A DNA stretch of 64,000 bases, from NCBI RefSeq assembly GCF_964188315.1, contig NC_135658.1:22072001-22136000 (forward strand), given 5' to 3'. Below, piece by piece: positions 1 to 10,559 of this stretch (position 1 is its first letter; each line of letters begins with the position of its first letter). The DNA is from Podarcis muralis. Lineage: Eukaryota. Under the pieces are notes generated by a model, which saw nothing but the letters and a program-made list of their open reading frames with translations, was not told the DNA's origin and searched no databases. The translations under genes and the position numbers were made by a program.

Positions 1-118
1 CTACCTCAGTTGTCTAATCCCTGTCTTGTCTAGGAACTCTCTGCGGTTATGTAGGGCTCATCCTCACCATGCTATCCATTTCCTTAATACCTGAAGTATA
101 TCTGATTGACATACATAT

Positions 119-636
119 TGTTGTGAGTTTGTGGTGTGGGTCATTTAGGCTGTATGCCTGAGCCCATTCTAATTCATGAATCCAGGAAAGATTCCATTGT
201 TAGAATAGCCAGGCCAGCTTCTTGGTGAATCAATGGCCCCTAAGTATGCACCATTAGGGTAACAAAGGAGGTGACTCTGTGAAGGGGAACAAATGAGTGG
301 ATCCCCTCTCTCAACTGGCTGGTAGTTAGACGGTCAGAGCAGAGTTTGTGTGAGAGAGCTAGAAACTAGAAGCAGGAGGCAGGCAGAAGCCTGCAAGGAA
401 GAGGAATGTTTGATTTCTGCTTGAATTCAAGGCTGTGGCTATGGGAGAAGCAAGCTCTTCCGGGATGTTAATGCTGTGAGCCCCTCCATCATGGGCATGG
501 GCTGTATATATGTGTAAATAAGACATGTATCATAAAGACACCACAGTCTGTCCTTCATTCTGAGGAAACCAAACCCTGGGCTTGCCTGGAACCCCAGGGG
601 TGTCACACCGCTCAGTGATTAGGGTGGTGTGCAATA
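119..636 (+). mobile_element. Solo LTR, Gypsy-like
   Basis: Begins TGTTG and ends CAATA (CAACA with one C>T). Flanked by a 4-bp TSD ATAT (115-118 and 637-640). Length 518 bp, with a degenerate polyA-signal-like tgtaaataa near 513-522. Confidence 0.65.
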
Positions 637-793
637 ATATGTGAAAGCTGAACTATTATCAACATAACCAGTACATATTGCTGCTTTTATATTGATGCAT
701 TAAATTATGCTTTACAGATATTGATTTTTTGTGTGAGAGAGAGCTGCTTTCATATATTGTGAGCTGCTTTGATACGTGTTATTAAAGTATGTA

Positions 794-1030
794 CAGTGGT
801 ACCTCAGGTTAAGTACTTAATTCGTTCCGGAGGTCCATTCTTAACCTGAAACTGTTCTTAACCTGAAGCACCACTTTAGCTAATGGGGCTTCCCGCTGTC
901 GCTGCGCCACCGGAGCACAATTTCTCATCCTGAAGCAAAGTTCTTAACCTGAGGTAATATTTCTGGGTTAGCGGAGTCTGTAACCTGAAGCATATGTAAC
1001 CTGAAGCGTATGTAACCTGAGGTACCACTG
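794..1030. mobile_element. Tc1/mariner (pogo/Tigger-like) MITE
   Basis: TIRs CAGTGGTACCTCAGGTT...AACCTGAGGTACCACTG with TA target duplication (792-793, 1031-1032). A second copy is at 2584-2809. Confidence 0.85.
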
Positions 1031-1036
1031 TATCAC

Positions 1037-1037
1037 A

Positions 1038-1096
<59 letters not shown>
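1037..1096 (+). repeat. (AAAG)15 microsatellite
   Basis: Perfect tetranucleotide run. Confidence 0.95.
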
Positions 1097-1097
<1 letters not shown>

Positions 1098-1164
1098 CCT
1101 CCAGATATCGCTGTTCTCCAAGTCCCGTCATCATTGACCATGTTGGTTGGGCCTGATGAGATTT

Positions 1165-1327
1165 AGGAACATAGGAAACTGCCTCATACCGAATCAGACC
1201 TTTGGTCCACCTTGCTGAATATTGCATACTATGACTGGCAGCAGCCCTCCTACCTCCAGATGCCAGGGATTGAAGCTGGAACTTTCCACCTGCAAAGCAG
1301 ATGCTCTACCACTGAGCTACAGTCCTT
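1165..1327 (-). mobile_element. tRNA-derived SINE, Squam2-like
   Basis: The reverse complement has a tRNA-like head (GTAGCTCAGTGGTAGAGCATCTGCTTTGCA...TTCAATCCCTGGCATC) and a CR1-type tail ending CCTATGTTCCT. Confidence 0.65.
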
Positions 1328-2583
1328 CTCCAAAAAATTGGGATCTGGAGGGCCACAGGTTCCCTATCCCTCCATTAAACACCACCCATCAATCACAGCA
1401 GCACCAGTCTAGGATGCCCTGAAGTCCTGAGGTGCTGGATGTCACCGAATACATAGTAGGGTGAAGTTAGGAGGGTGCCCAGTAAGTCCCGAAAGCCTGG
1501 GGCCAGCTCTGTGATATTGACTTGTACATTCCTGCTCATTCGTCCTCTCGCCGTCACTGCTGAAGATATACTTCTGTTATTTCTATTGATTTTCTGCTTT
1601 GGTGCTCCTGCCAACAGCACCATGAAGCCGTTTTTTTCCAACTGTTCCTCAAGCAATGACTCACAACGTTAAATATTTCTTAGACTCACAGAAATATTTT
1701 CCTCATTCTTAATATTCCCAATCAAATCCTTTTTATGCCAAAACATTTAGAGAAGCCAGTGGTGTCTGTCTGCACATATGTTACAAACCGACTTGGCAGA
1801 AGGTCGTCCAATCTTCGTTCTCTGAACCATTTGTTCAATTCAACATGTAAAATAACATTTTCCCCCCCTCTCCTACATAGGGCTTCAGTTCTACATATTA
1901 TAATTGCAAGCATTTTTGAAAAAAACTGGTTTTTAATTATAACTCCATGCATAAAATGTGTAATCATGAAAGCTGTAAGCATGCTGTGCTTGAATTTATT
2001 TGGGGATCTTAATGGCATTTTAAAAAGAGCAACCACCACCTGATCTTGACAAAATGTCCTGTGAGAGAAGGATGAATTGCAGAGCAATCAATCTCAAAGC
2101 TTAGAAAAGGAGAACCATGCTAGATCAGAGCAAAAGTCTATGTAGGCCACCATGACTTCCTCTGGGAAGTTCAGAAGCAGGACACCGTTGGAGATAAAAT
2201 GCATTTGAATACCAGGTGCTGGGCATCACAAGTGGCGGAGAGCACTGTTGCACTCAAGTGTTGTTTGAAGGCTTCCTGCCGGCATGCGACTGTCCACTGT
2301 GAGGCTATAGTGCATTGACACGTTGGCTTCGAATTTTCCTACATTTTTCATAAGAAGAGCCTGGCTGGATCAGATCAAAAGCTCAGCACAGTCCAGCACC
2401 CTGTTCTTGCAGTGAACCTAACTGCAATTGTCCTCTCCCCGCTTGTGATTCGAAGCAGCTGATAATTCTCTTGATCTGATGATTTTGCAAGCCAATTTAT
2501 CAAGTTCAGGGCTCAAAGTGACTGGGTGAGCAGAATGAGTTACGATTCCCTAAGTATATGAAGCGGACCTTCCGCAGCATATA

Positions 2584-2809
2584 CAATGGTACCTCGGGTT
2601 AAGTACTTAATTCATTCCGGAGGTCCATTCTTAACCTGAAACTGTTCTTAACCTGAAGCACCACTTTAGCTAATGGGGCCTCCTGCTGCTGCCGCACCAC
2701 CGGAGCACGATTTCTGTTCTCATCCTAAAGCAAAGTTCTTAATCCAAGATACTATTTCTGGGTTAGCTGAGTCTGTAACCTGAAGTGTATGTAACCTGAG
2801 GTGCCACTG
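2584..2809. mobile_element. Tc1/mariner (pogo/Tigger-like) MITE, same family as 794-1030
   Basis: CAATGGTACCTCGGGTT...AACCTGAGGTGCCACTG with TA flanks. The internal sequence is near-identical to 794-1030. Confidence 0.85.
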
Positions 2810-4506
2810 TACCTGCTCCTCAAACAATCTACTGTATACAGAAGCAAGTCTGTTGAATTTAGTCTAGCTTTCTCCCAGGGTACATGGGCACAGAATGGCT
2901 GCCTTAAACTTTGGTACTTCAAAAACTCAGATTTACTCCAGTGGCTCACACACCCTTCACACGCACAGCCATTTGGGGATGGTTTTCCATCATCTGGTAA
3001 TTAGAGGTATTTGTCTTCTTGCAATGGGTGTTCCATTTAGCTATCTTCACTAGCCTGTCCTTCCATTAATTTCTCTAATATTTGTACAAGGAGCGTAATG
3101 CTTGTTCATAGTGCAGAATGAGTAGACAACCTAAACTGTACAGTTGAGAGTCTTTATAAAAATTATATGACGTTGTTGTGGCTGGGTAAGGGGGAATTTA
3201 TACGCTTTTATGCCTCAGTTTCGCAGCCTCCAGAATTTAAGGCCCTGAAAGCTCTTTTTATAAACCTCTATATTTTATATTAGATAGTCTAGCCACTTTC
3301 TCAACATCGTTTTGCATTCCCCTTGTTCCAGTACAGAAACATGGCCTTCCGTATTCCATATATTTAGACATAAAATGAGAAGGCTGTATATACTAATCAC
3401 TCAACTTGGATAATGCTGCAAATGTAATCAAGCCAAGTCCAATAAATATGTTGTTCTGCATCTACCATGTTCACTGATATTCATTATAAATAATCCTTTT
3501 ATTGTCTATGTTTTACTGTAATATAGACTCCTGCTTACTTGGTTTCCTAGTAATGGGTTTATAAACTCTTTAATGTGTGAAGTGCAAATAATATTTTGCA
3601 TTTATATGCACTGGTCTTTTAAATACACAAGTCTTGAGCAATTTTTACATGCAATAGGAGTTATATGCAGAGGCATTTGTAAACCCAGTATAAACTCAGA
3701 GGGCAAGTAAGAGCCACCTTTGAACTTGGGTGAAAGCTGGTTTCCTATAATATTCTCCCTCACAGTTGTGTTGTGTCTGAATACTTCAATTAGAGATAGG
3801 CAAGTTATTCTGAGCTCACTTCAGATTAACTTGAAAATGTTCTGAGACCTTCCCTCAAAATCGGAAGATCTTATTGAAAGATAGAATTAATCAGCACATC
3901 GAGCTGGACGCTCTGCTAGTGAAATATTTTCTCCCCAAAGCTACAAAGATCTAAAAACCAAAGTGCTAATTAGCTACTTATTAGAGACAGCCAGACTGAC
4001 CATTACATGATTCTAGAAAAAAAAATATGTGCCGACACAGTTACAGGTATAATTTTTGCAATGGCTTTCTAGACAGATGTGAATTCACTTCACAAACATA
4101 CCAATATTGCATTTCAATGGCATTAGAGGATTCGGTTATGATTCTTTCTGTGTACACTCAAGGCTATTTTGAGAGAAAATCTGAGATATTCAAAATACAG
4201 CTCTACTTCCATGCATTTCTTTAGCATGGTATCCTCCTGTATGATAATATTCCATTCCACTGGACAGATTTCTCCCACTTGACATAAGATAGGACTTCTG
4301 TCTTGAACAACACAGAGACTCTCAATATACAGTGAAAGTATAGGCAAAGATTTTCATATGTAAATATTTCCCTTTGAGATGAACTGAACCAATGCTTACA
4401 GAGTCAGATATAAGTTATATAATAGTGCTCATTATAACCATACCCTTTTGAAACTTAGTGCATTGTTCACTTCTGTGATCTAGAATGATTTTAGTTCCTC
4501 TGTTCA

Positions 4507-6714
4507 TTATGATGGAGAGATTCTTGAACTCTTTCTTCTAACCTTGTTGCTTAGCACAAACCTGTAATACACACCCATGCCAACGGCAGCAGTCACTGTG
4601 GAAAGGACCAACACACTTCCTACAATACTACCTACAATGACACCATTCCAGTTTTTTGAAATTGGTCCACTGTCAATGCTGCCCCCATATCCTTTCTTTA
4701 GACAGTCAGGAGGGGCCCAACCATAAGAACAATGGCAGTGTTTGTGGTTGTTGCATATTCCCCTATTATGGCACTTTGTGGCATTGCAATCATACTGCAA
4801 GAGGGACACGTTCTTGCATTCCCTACGAATGCACATCATGCCAGTGCCACAAGGTGTACCGTCTTCCACTGCTCCAAGATCAGCTACTTCCATTCCACTG
4901 TGGTAGTCTGTAGCCCAGCAGTTACTTTTGCCAATGGTGGTTTGAATGATGGTTTGGTGTTCCTCCAAGGTAGGTAGCCCATAAATATTACTACACTGCA
5001 TTCGGCCACATAGAATATTTTCAGCTTTGCATTTCTTAAAAATACCATGTTCAAGGCCACAGTTGCCAAAGCGATCACCTCGAGCATTCAGTCCTCTGAA
5101 ACAATCCTCTGAAGCTCGTATGGTTTTCTTGCCAAATATATTTTCGCACTGCCCATTAGGAGTACTACAACGACCATGATAGCAATAGACTCCATCACCA
5201 CAAGGGGCACCATCTTGTACATAAACATCTTCTGGACACTGATCTGAAGTCCCAGTGCAAAATTCAGGAAGATCACACATACTAATACTCTTTCTGCAAA
5301 TGGATCCAGGGGGACGGTACTTGCACCTGTCACAGCACAGTCCAGAAGAACAATTGGCACATGGACGCAACGTGCAATCTGGCCTGCAACAATAATTCAA
5401 TCGACACTGTTCAGTTGTACCACAGTCGCATTGCTCTCCTTTTTCCACTACTTTGTTGCCACAGTATTCGAGGTTATACATTTCATCAGGGTCTGGTGGA
5501 ATCAACAAGCAAGGTGAGTCCTTTTGATTGAAATACTCATAGTAACTGCAGTTGCTAAACTTATCAACCTCTGAGTGCCAAGCAGACATAATGCAGGCGC
5601 GTCGGTCACATTTACAGACCAAATCATCATGGTTCATACCAAGATTATGTCCAAATTCATGGGCAAATAGCACAGAAAAATCAAACAAATTGAAATTCTT
5701 TGATACTATAACACCAGTAGCCCAATACTCACTACAAATTTCTCCTACATATGCTAATCCAATAGGACCTATAAATGACCTGTGTACAATTAAGTGAGCA
5801 GCATCATTCTTTAGATGGTTAAGTAGAGTGTTATGTCTCCATATACTGAAAGCATTAAGTGTGGCTCCGATACCGTGATCAACATCTATGAGGTTCTTTT
5901 CCGTCCATATCTCCAGTCCTGCTACAGACACGTCAAGTAAAAGTGGCTCAAAAAATGAATTTACAGCATGGATAGCCTCAAGAATTTTCAGAGCAATATC
6001 AGTTTCATTTTTATTAAACTTAACATATCGTTCATGCTCCACCACAAATGCCACTTCTGCATGTCTCTTGTGTGGCCACCAGAGTCCTGCTGGAGCACTT
6101 TTGACAGCCACATGCTCTGCATCGTGGATCATGGCCTCTTGACGCCTTTGCTCTTCCTCCGTCAACCCACACCTCATGTGCATGGCACCCTCCTCTATTT
6201 CCAGTCGATACACCACATGCTGAAAGGTAGCAGATGGCTGGACAGGTTCAATTTGATATGTCTCATTGTTAAGTTGTAACAGGCCCCTGAGTCCGCCTGA
6301 GCAAGTGCTGAGAGTGAGTGAAGAGAGAGGCTTGTCCTGTATGAAGCCACTGTAGAAACAATCATCCCTGATGTAATGATAGTCACCCAGGAGGTCCCCT
6401 TCCTTATTGTACGTGAAGATGGGGAAGCGTTTAGGAACAATGCCCTTCTTCTGCTTGAGATGCACCACCCGGCCCTTCCCCTCAATCTGTAGCAGGTAGC
6501 TGACATCCTGGGTTTCCTGTAGTCCATACCTGAAGCTCAGTCTCCTTGGGATGGTCACCTCATAAGAGGCATACCTAAAGCCCTGAGGTGGTGTCTGGCC
6601 ACCAGTCACACTCAAGAGATTCCTCAAGAACATAATGAACAGCCATGCCAGGCTGCCACTCATTTTCCAAGAAAGAGGAAAGAATCTCTTGAAGCACTGC
6701 CTCTGGCATCTCAT
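4507..6714 (-). CDS. ADAM metalloprotease-disintegrin, ADAM20/21/30-like, single coding exon (copy 1; likely start is the ATG at 6663)
   Basis: Uninterrupted 735-aa ORF. It has a signal peptide (MSGSLAWLFIMFLRNLLSVTGG), a prodomain with cysteine-switch-like MRCGLT, zinc motif HEFGHNLGMNHD (5629-5661) and Met-turn CIMS. These are followed by a disintegrin domain (CGNKVVEKGEQCDCG...MCDLPEFC), Cys-rich and EGF-like domains, a TM helix and a short basic tail. Confidence 0.95.
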   Translation of the reverse strand: MRCQRQCFKRFFPLSWKMSGSLAWLFIMFLRNLLSVTGGQTPPQGFRYASYEVTIPRRLSFRYGLQETQDVSYLLQIEGKGRVVHLKQKKGIVPKRFPIFTYNKEGDLLGDYHYIRDDCFYSGFIQDKPLSSLTLSTCSGGLRGLLQLNNETYQIEPVQPSATFQHVVYRLEIEEGAMHMRCGLTEEEQRRQEAMIHDAEHVAVKSAPAGLWWPHKRHAEVAFVVEHERYVKFNKNETDIALKILEAIHAVNSFFEPLLLDVSVAGLEIWTEKNLIDVDHGIGATLNAFSIWRHNTLLNHLKNDAAHLIVHRSFIGPIGLAYVGEICSEYWATGVIVSKNFNLFDFSVLFAHEFGHNLGMNHDDLVCKCDRRACIMSAWHSEVDKFSNCSYYEYFNQKDSPCLLIPPDPDEMYNLEYCGNKVVEKGEQCDCGTTEQCRLNYCCRPDCTLRPCANCSSGLCCDRCKYRPPGSICRKSISMCDLPEFCTGTSDQCPEDVYVQDGAPCGDGVYCYHGRCSTPNGQCENIFGKKTIRASEDCFRGLNARGDRFGNCGLEHGIFKKCKAENILCGRMQCSNIYGLPTLEEHQTIIQTTIGKSNCWATDYHSGMEVADLGAVEDGTPCGTGMMCIRRECKNVSLLQYDCNATKCHNRGICNNHKHCHCSYGWAPPDCLKKGYGGSIDSGPISKNWNGVIVGSIVGSVLVLSTVTAAVGMGVYYRFVLSNKVRRKSSRISPS

Positions 6715-6716
6715 CC

Positions 6717-6755
6717 CTGAAAGGGAAGCTCCAAACAGTTGTTACCAGGTTAGTA
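6717..6755 (-). promoter_or_regulatory. Branch point, polypyrimidine tract and 3' splice acceptor of the ADAM coding exon (copy 1; homologues before copies 2-5)
   Basis: Minus strand reads TACTAAC(6755-6749)...CTTCCCTTTCAG|GGATG. The same arrangement occurs at 13378-13416, 20164-20202 and 26990-27028. The acceptor is kept but the branch point is deleted at 53047-53079. Confidence 0.75.
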
Positions 6756-6936
6756 GATAGATGGGAAGGAGGCTATGTGTGAATCAGAAGAGGAGGAAGA
6801 TACGTTGCCTAGCAACTGCCAGGGTGCTCCATCTGTGGAATGTGGGTGGAGCTTGGAGGATCAAAGATGGAACAGAATGGCAGAGGAAGAACAGGGACGA
6901 AAACATTCCTAAGAAGTTTCTGCCTGGGAGGGTTGC

Positions 6937-7236
6937 AGGTTTGTCATTGGTTTTCTCCCAAGAAGCAGGTGTCTTTTAATTTTGTGACTGCTGTCACCAT
7001 CTGCAGTGATCATGGAGCCCAAGAAAGTAAAATCTCTCACTGCCTCCATTTCTTCCCCTTCTATTTGCCAGGAGGTGATGGGCCCAGTGACCATGGTCTT
7101 AGTTTTTTTGATGTTGAGCTTCATACCGTATTTTGCGCTCTCCTCTTTCACCCTTATTAAAAGGTTCTTTAATTCCTCCTCACTTTCTGCCATCAAGGTT
7201 GTGTCATCTGCATATCGAAGGTTGTTGATATTTCTT
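6937..7236 (-). mobile_element. BovB (RTE) LINE RT fragment
   Basis: Translates to NINNLRYADDTTLMAESEEELKNLLIRVKEESAKYGMKLNIKKTK (YADD motif of RTE/BovB). It has the same 5' truncation point as 14241-15038. Confidence 0.9.
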
Positions 7237-8289
7237 AGTTTTATCAAACCGTGTATTGGCTTCCCTAAAAATAGTTCATTTTGAGGAATACCCCAATTTA
7301 TTTCAAAATCTGCTCTGAGAATTAGAAATAAGCTAGAATACTGTTTACTTGGTTTCCCAGTATTAGATTTATAAAATCTTTAATCTGTGAGGTGCAAAAA
7401 ATATTTTGCATTTATATGCACTGGTGTTTAAGGACACAAATCTTGAGCCATTTTTACATGTAATCTAAGTTAAATACAGGGGCATTTGTAAACCGTGTAT
7501 AAACTCAGAGGGCAAATAAGGGCTACCTTTTGACCTGGGTGAAAGCTGGCTTCCCATAATATTCTCCCTCACAGTTGTGTTGTGTCTCAATACTTCAATT
7601 AGAGATAGGCAAGTTATTCTGAGCTCACTTCAGATTAACTTGAAAATGTTCTGAGACCTTCCCCCCAAATCAGAAGATCTTATTGAAAGATGGAACTAAT
7701 CAGCACATAGAGCTGGACATTCAGCTAGTGGAATATTTTCTCCCCAAAGCCACAAAGATCAAAAAAGCAAAGCTCTAATTTGCTAATTATTAGAATCAGC
7801 CAGACTGTCCATTACATGATTGGGGGGGGGGGGGGAATTGACAGCGTACTGGTATAACAAAATGTGGAATATTGTTCTAGTGGGAAAACTGTCAAACAAA
7901 GTAAGAATAACCAGGGTTGGGTTTTTTGTTTTTTTAAAGGCCAAGCAACAGTATGCCAGGGTGAAAAGCCCAGGGGATCATGGGTAAGCTGGGCATTGTA
8001 GGCAACTAAGTGAAATTCAGAGTCGAAGGAAAGCAATGGGCATAAGATGATCCAGTCCATTAATTGCAAAAGGTCTACTCTGAGTATGACTCCAGCTCAA
8101 GGGTTTTATAAATCTCATATCTCCTTTGAAGCCAGATTTTACTGCACTGGCACCCATGGCAGTTGCCATGAGCACGGATCCAATTCTCCTGGTCTTTCCC
8201 TCGTGGTCTGCAATGCTCGGTGTCAGATAGTGTGAGAAAGACAGTCATGCAAGAGATGATATGATAGAGGAGTATGAAACAGTATCCCT

Positions 8290-8425
8290 CGGGAGGTGGT
8301 GGACTTTCCTTCCTTGGAGGTTTTTAAGCAGAGGTTGGATGACCCTCTGTCATGGATGCTTTTGTTGAGATTCCTGCATTGCAAGGAGTTGGACTAGTTG
8401 AACCTTGAGTCCCTTCCAACCCATT
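8290..8425 (+). mobile_element. CR1 LINE 3'-end fragment (duplicated at ~15865-16000 and ~22650-22785)
   Basis: GGTGGTGGACTTTCCTTCCTTGGAGGTTTTTAAGCAGAGGTTGGATG...GGACTAG matches the squamate CR1 3' terminus. Confidence 0.7.
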
Positions 8426-8635
8426 ATTGTATGGAGAAAGAAGGCCAGAACATGAAGAAATTCAATGAAGCTGAAGGATGGAAGATTCAGGGCAGACAGA
8501 ACAATTTACATAGTGCATATTTAAACTATAGAATTTGTTCTCAAAAGGTGCAGTGATAGTCACCAACTTTGGTTGCTTTTTAGAGGATTAGACAAATTCC
8601 TAGCACATAAGGATATTAACATCTACGAGCCACAA

Positions 8636-8892
8636 TAGAAGGAGGAGGAGGAGGAGTCTGGACTTGATAGCCCACCTTTCACTCCCCTTAAGGAGTCTCA
8701 AATTTGCTAACCATCTCCTTTCCCTTCCTCCCCAACAACAAACACTCTGTGAGGTGAGTGAGGCTGAGAGACTTCAGAGAAGTGTGATTAGCCCAAGGTC
8801 ACCCAACAGCTGCATGTGGAGGAGCGGGGAAATGAACCCGGTTCACCAGATTACGAGTCCACCACTCTTAACCACGACACTATACTGGCTCT
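8636..8892 (-). mobile_element. tRNA-derived SINE, Squam3-like
   Basis: The reverse complement starts AGAGCCAGT...GTGGTTAAGAGTGGTGGACTCGTAATCTGGTGAACCGGGTTC and ends in a (CTC/CTT)n tail. Paralogous copies are at 16211-16466 and 22979-23240. Confidence 0.8.
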
Positions 8893-9029
8893 GTATGACC
8901 TCCAGTGTTGGAGCCAGTATGGCTCTGAACAGGGCCAGCCCACCTATGGGGCAAGGTGAGGCGACCACCTCAGGTAAGGTTGATTTGATTTGTGATGTAG
9001 ATCTTCACTCCCCCATTTCTTCCCAGTGG

Positions 9030-9539
9030 TGTCATGGACAGGGCAGAGGAGGAAGAATGGTAGAGACCACCGCTGCAGGCGTTGACTAGAGAGGAGGAAC
9101 CGGCAGGTAGCATAGACCTCCAGGAGTGATTTGGCACAGAGCATACATGTAAGGGAGATGAGGGCAAAAGGGGAGAGGAGGAGGAGGAGGAGGAGGAGGA
9201 GGAGGAGGAGGAGGAGGAGGAGGAGGAGAACGTGGACAGCATTCAGCAGAAGGAGGCTGAGCAGCAGTTGAATGAGATGCTGTCGCTGGAGAGTATCCCT
9301 GCCCCAAACCAGGGATTTGCTGAGTACAGTCAAACAGAGAGCTCAGAGGCAACTGACTCATACCAGTCACAGTCAGAGGCAGGAGGAGAAGTCAGATGAA
9401 CAGGAAAGTAACGAAGAAGGGGGGTGGAACTTCACTCAGGGCAACATTAGGTGCATCTTGAATTCTTCTCTGCAAATTCTATTATAAGCAGAACTGAAAA
9501 AACTTGCTGTTTCTCTATCTCGCAGCCTTCCTGGGAATC
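9030..9539 (+). mobile_element. LTR-like element (Gypsy-type solo LTR remnant) carried in each repeat unit
   Basis: Starts TGTCATGGACA and has a purine-rich body with a (GAG)n tract and a TATA-like TATTATAAGC (~9480). Copies start at 16617 and 23569. No clean CA end or TSD was found. Confidence 0.5.
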
Positions 9540-10559
9540 AAACTACTTTTGAATTGGCAAAGAAAGGAGGAAGATATCAAAGAAATTATAGTAAAATTGG
9601 AGAGGGACCTGGGACATACGATCAAACCCAATATTTGGAATGAATTATGGACTAAAAATATAAAATTCATGGCTTGTTTCCTTATAAGGGAAAATCTTAT
9701 GAAAATGTACTATAGGTGATACCTGACCCCTGTAAAACTTGCAAAAATAAATAAATCAAACAATAACAAGTGCTGGCGATGTAAGGAAGAGATAGGAACT
9801 TACTACCATATGTGGTGGTCCTGTCTAGAGATTCAAACATTTTGCAACATGATTTATGAAGAGATAAAGAGATTGATAAAAACTACATTTAGCAAGAAAC
9901 CGGAAGAATTTTTACTAGGAATGGTTTCAGATAATATTCCCAAAAACAAAACTAGGCTATTTATGTATGCAACGTCAGCAGCAAGGGTTATAGTGGCAAA
10001 ACACTGGAAAGATAAAAATACACCCACTAAAGAGGAATGGGTAGTCAAATTGTGTGAGTACTTGGAGCTCGCAAAGCTGACAGATGCAATAAGAGATAAA
10101 CCAAAAAAATTGGTGAAAGAAGAATGGGAGTGTTTAAATAATTAATTAGGGGTCAAGGGCTCAGCAAGAAAGATCTGGCTATGTTTAGATTGATACCGCA
10201 TAGAGAAATGTTCCCTGATACCAAGATGAGGGATTCCTTTGGAATGCAGATAGAGATAATTGATAAGAATAATGATCTGTTGTGAGCTTGATGGAAGTGT
10301 ACAATGGATGAGCTTTCCTGCTTTGGCTCATCTTCCTTTTTCTTTTTCTTTTTCTTCTATTTTTCTTTTTTCTTTTCTTTTATGTTTCCTATAGTTGCTT
10401 ATGTTCTGTGTCATGTACTTCAATATTTTTTGTAGTGTTTTTTTTTTAAAAAAAATCATTACTATTAAGGAATTTTCCTTTGTAATTTTGGTTGTCTATA
10501 TATATATATATGCACCTGTTTAAAGCAAAATAAAAGTTTAAAGAAAGAAAGAAAGAAAA
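9540..10559 (+). mobile_element. L1-clade LINE, 5'-truncated 3' fragment
   Basis: ORF2 C-terminus with a Cys/His knuckle (KCWRCKEEIGTYYHMWWSC) and YATSAARVIVAKHWK, then a T-rich 3' UTR, AATAAA and an A-rich tail. Confidence 0.85.

Noticed and set aside
4656-6527. Recurring short ORFs overlapping every ADAM copy (e.g. MKLVHCQCC..., MAVFVVVAY..., MDYRKPR...)
   Set aside because: They are antisense or alternate-frame shadows that recur only because the ADAM genes are duplicated. There is no independent coding evidence.
8944-9370. Poly-Leu, poly-Ser and poly-Pro ORFs
   Set aside because: Translations of the (GAG)n/(CTC)n microsatellite in the LTR-like element. The same applies to the FLSF ORFs over (AAAG)n at 876-1227.
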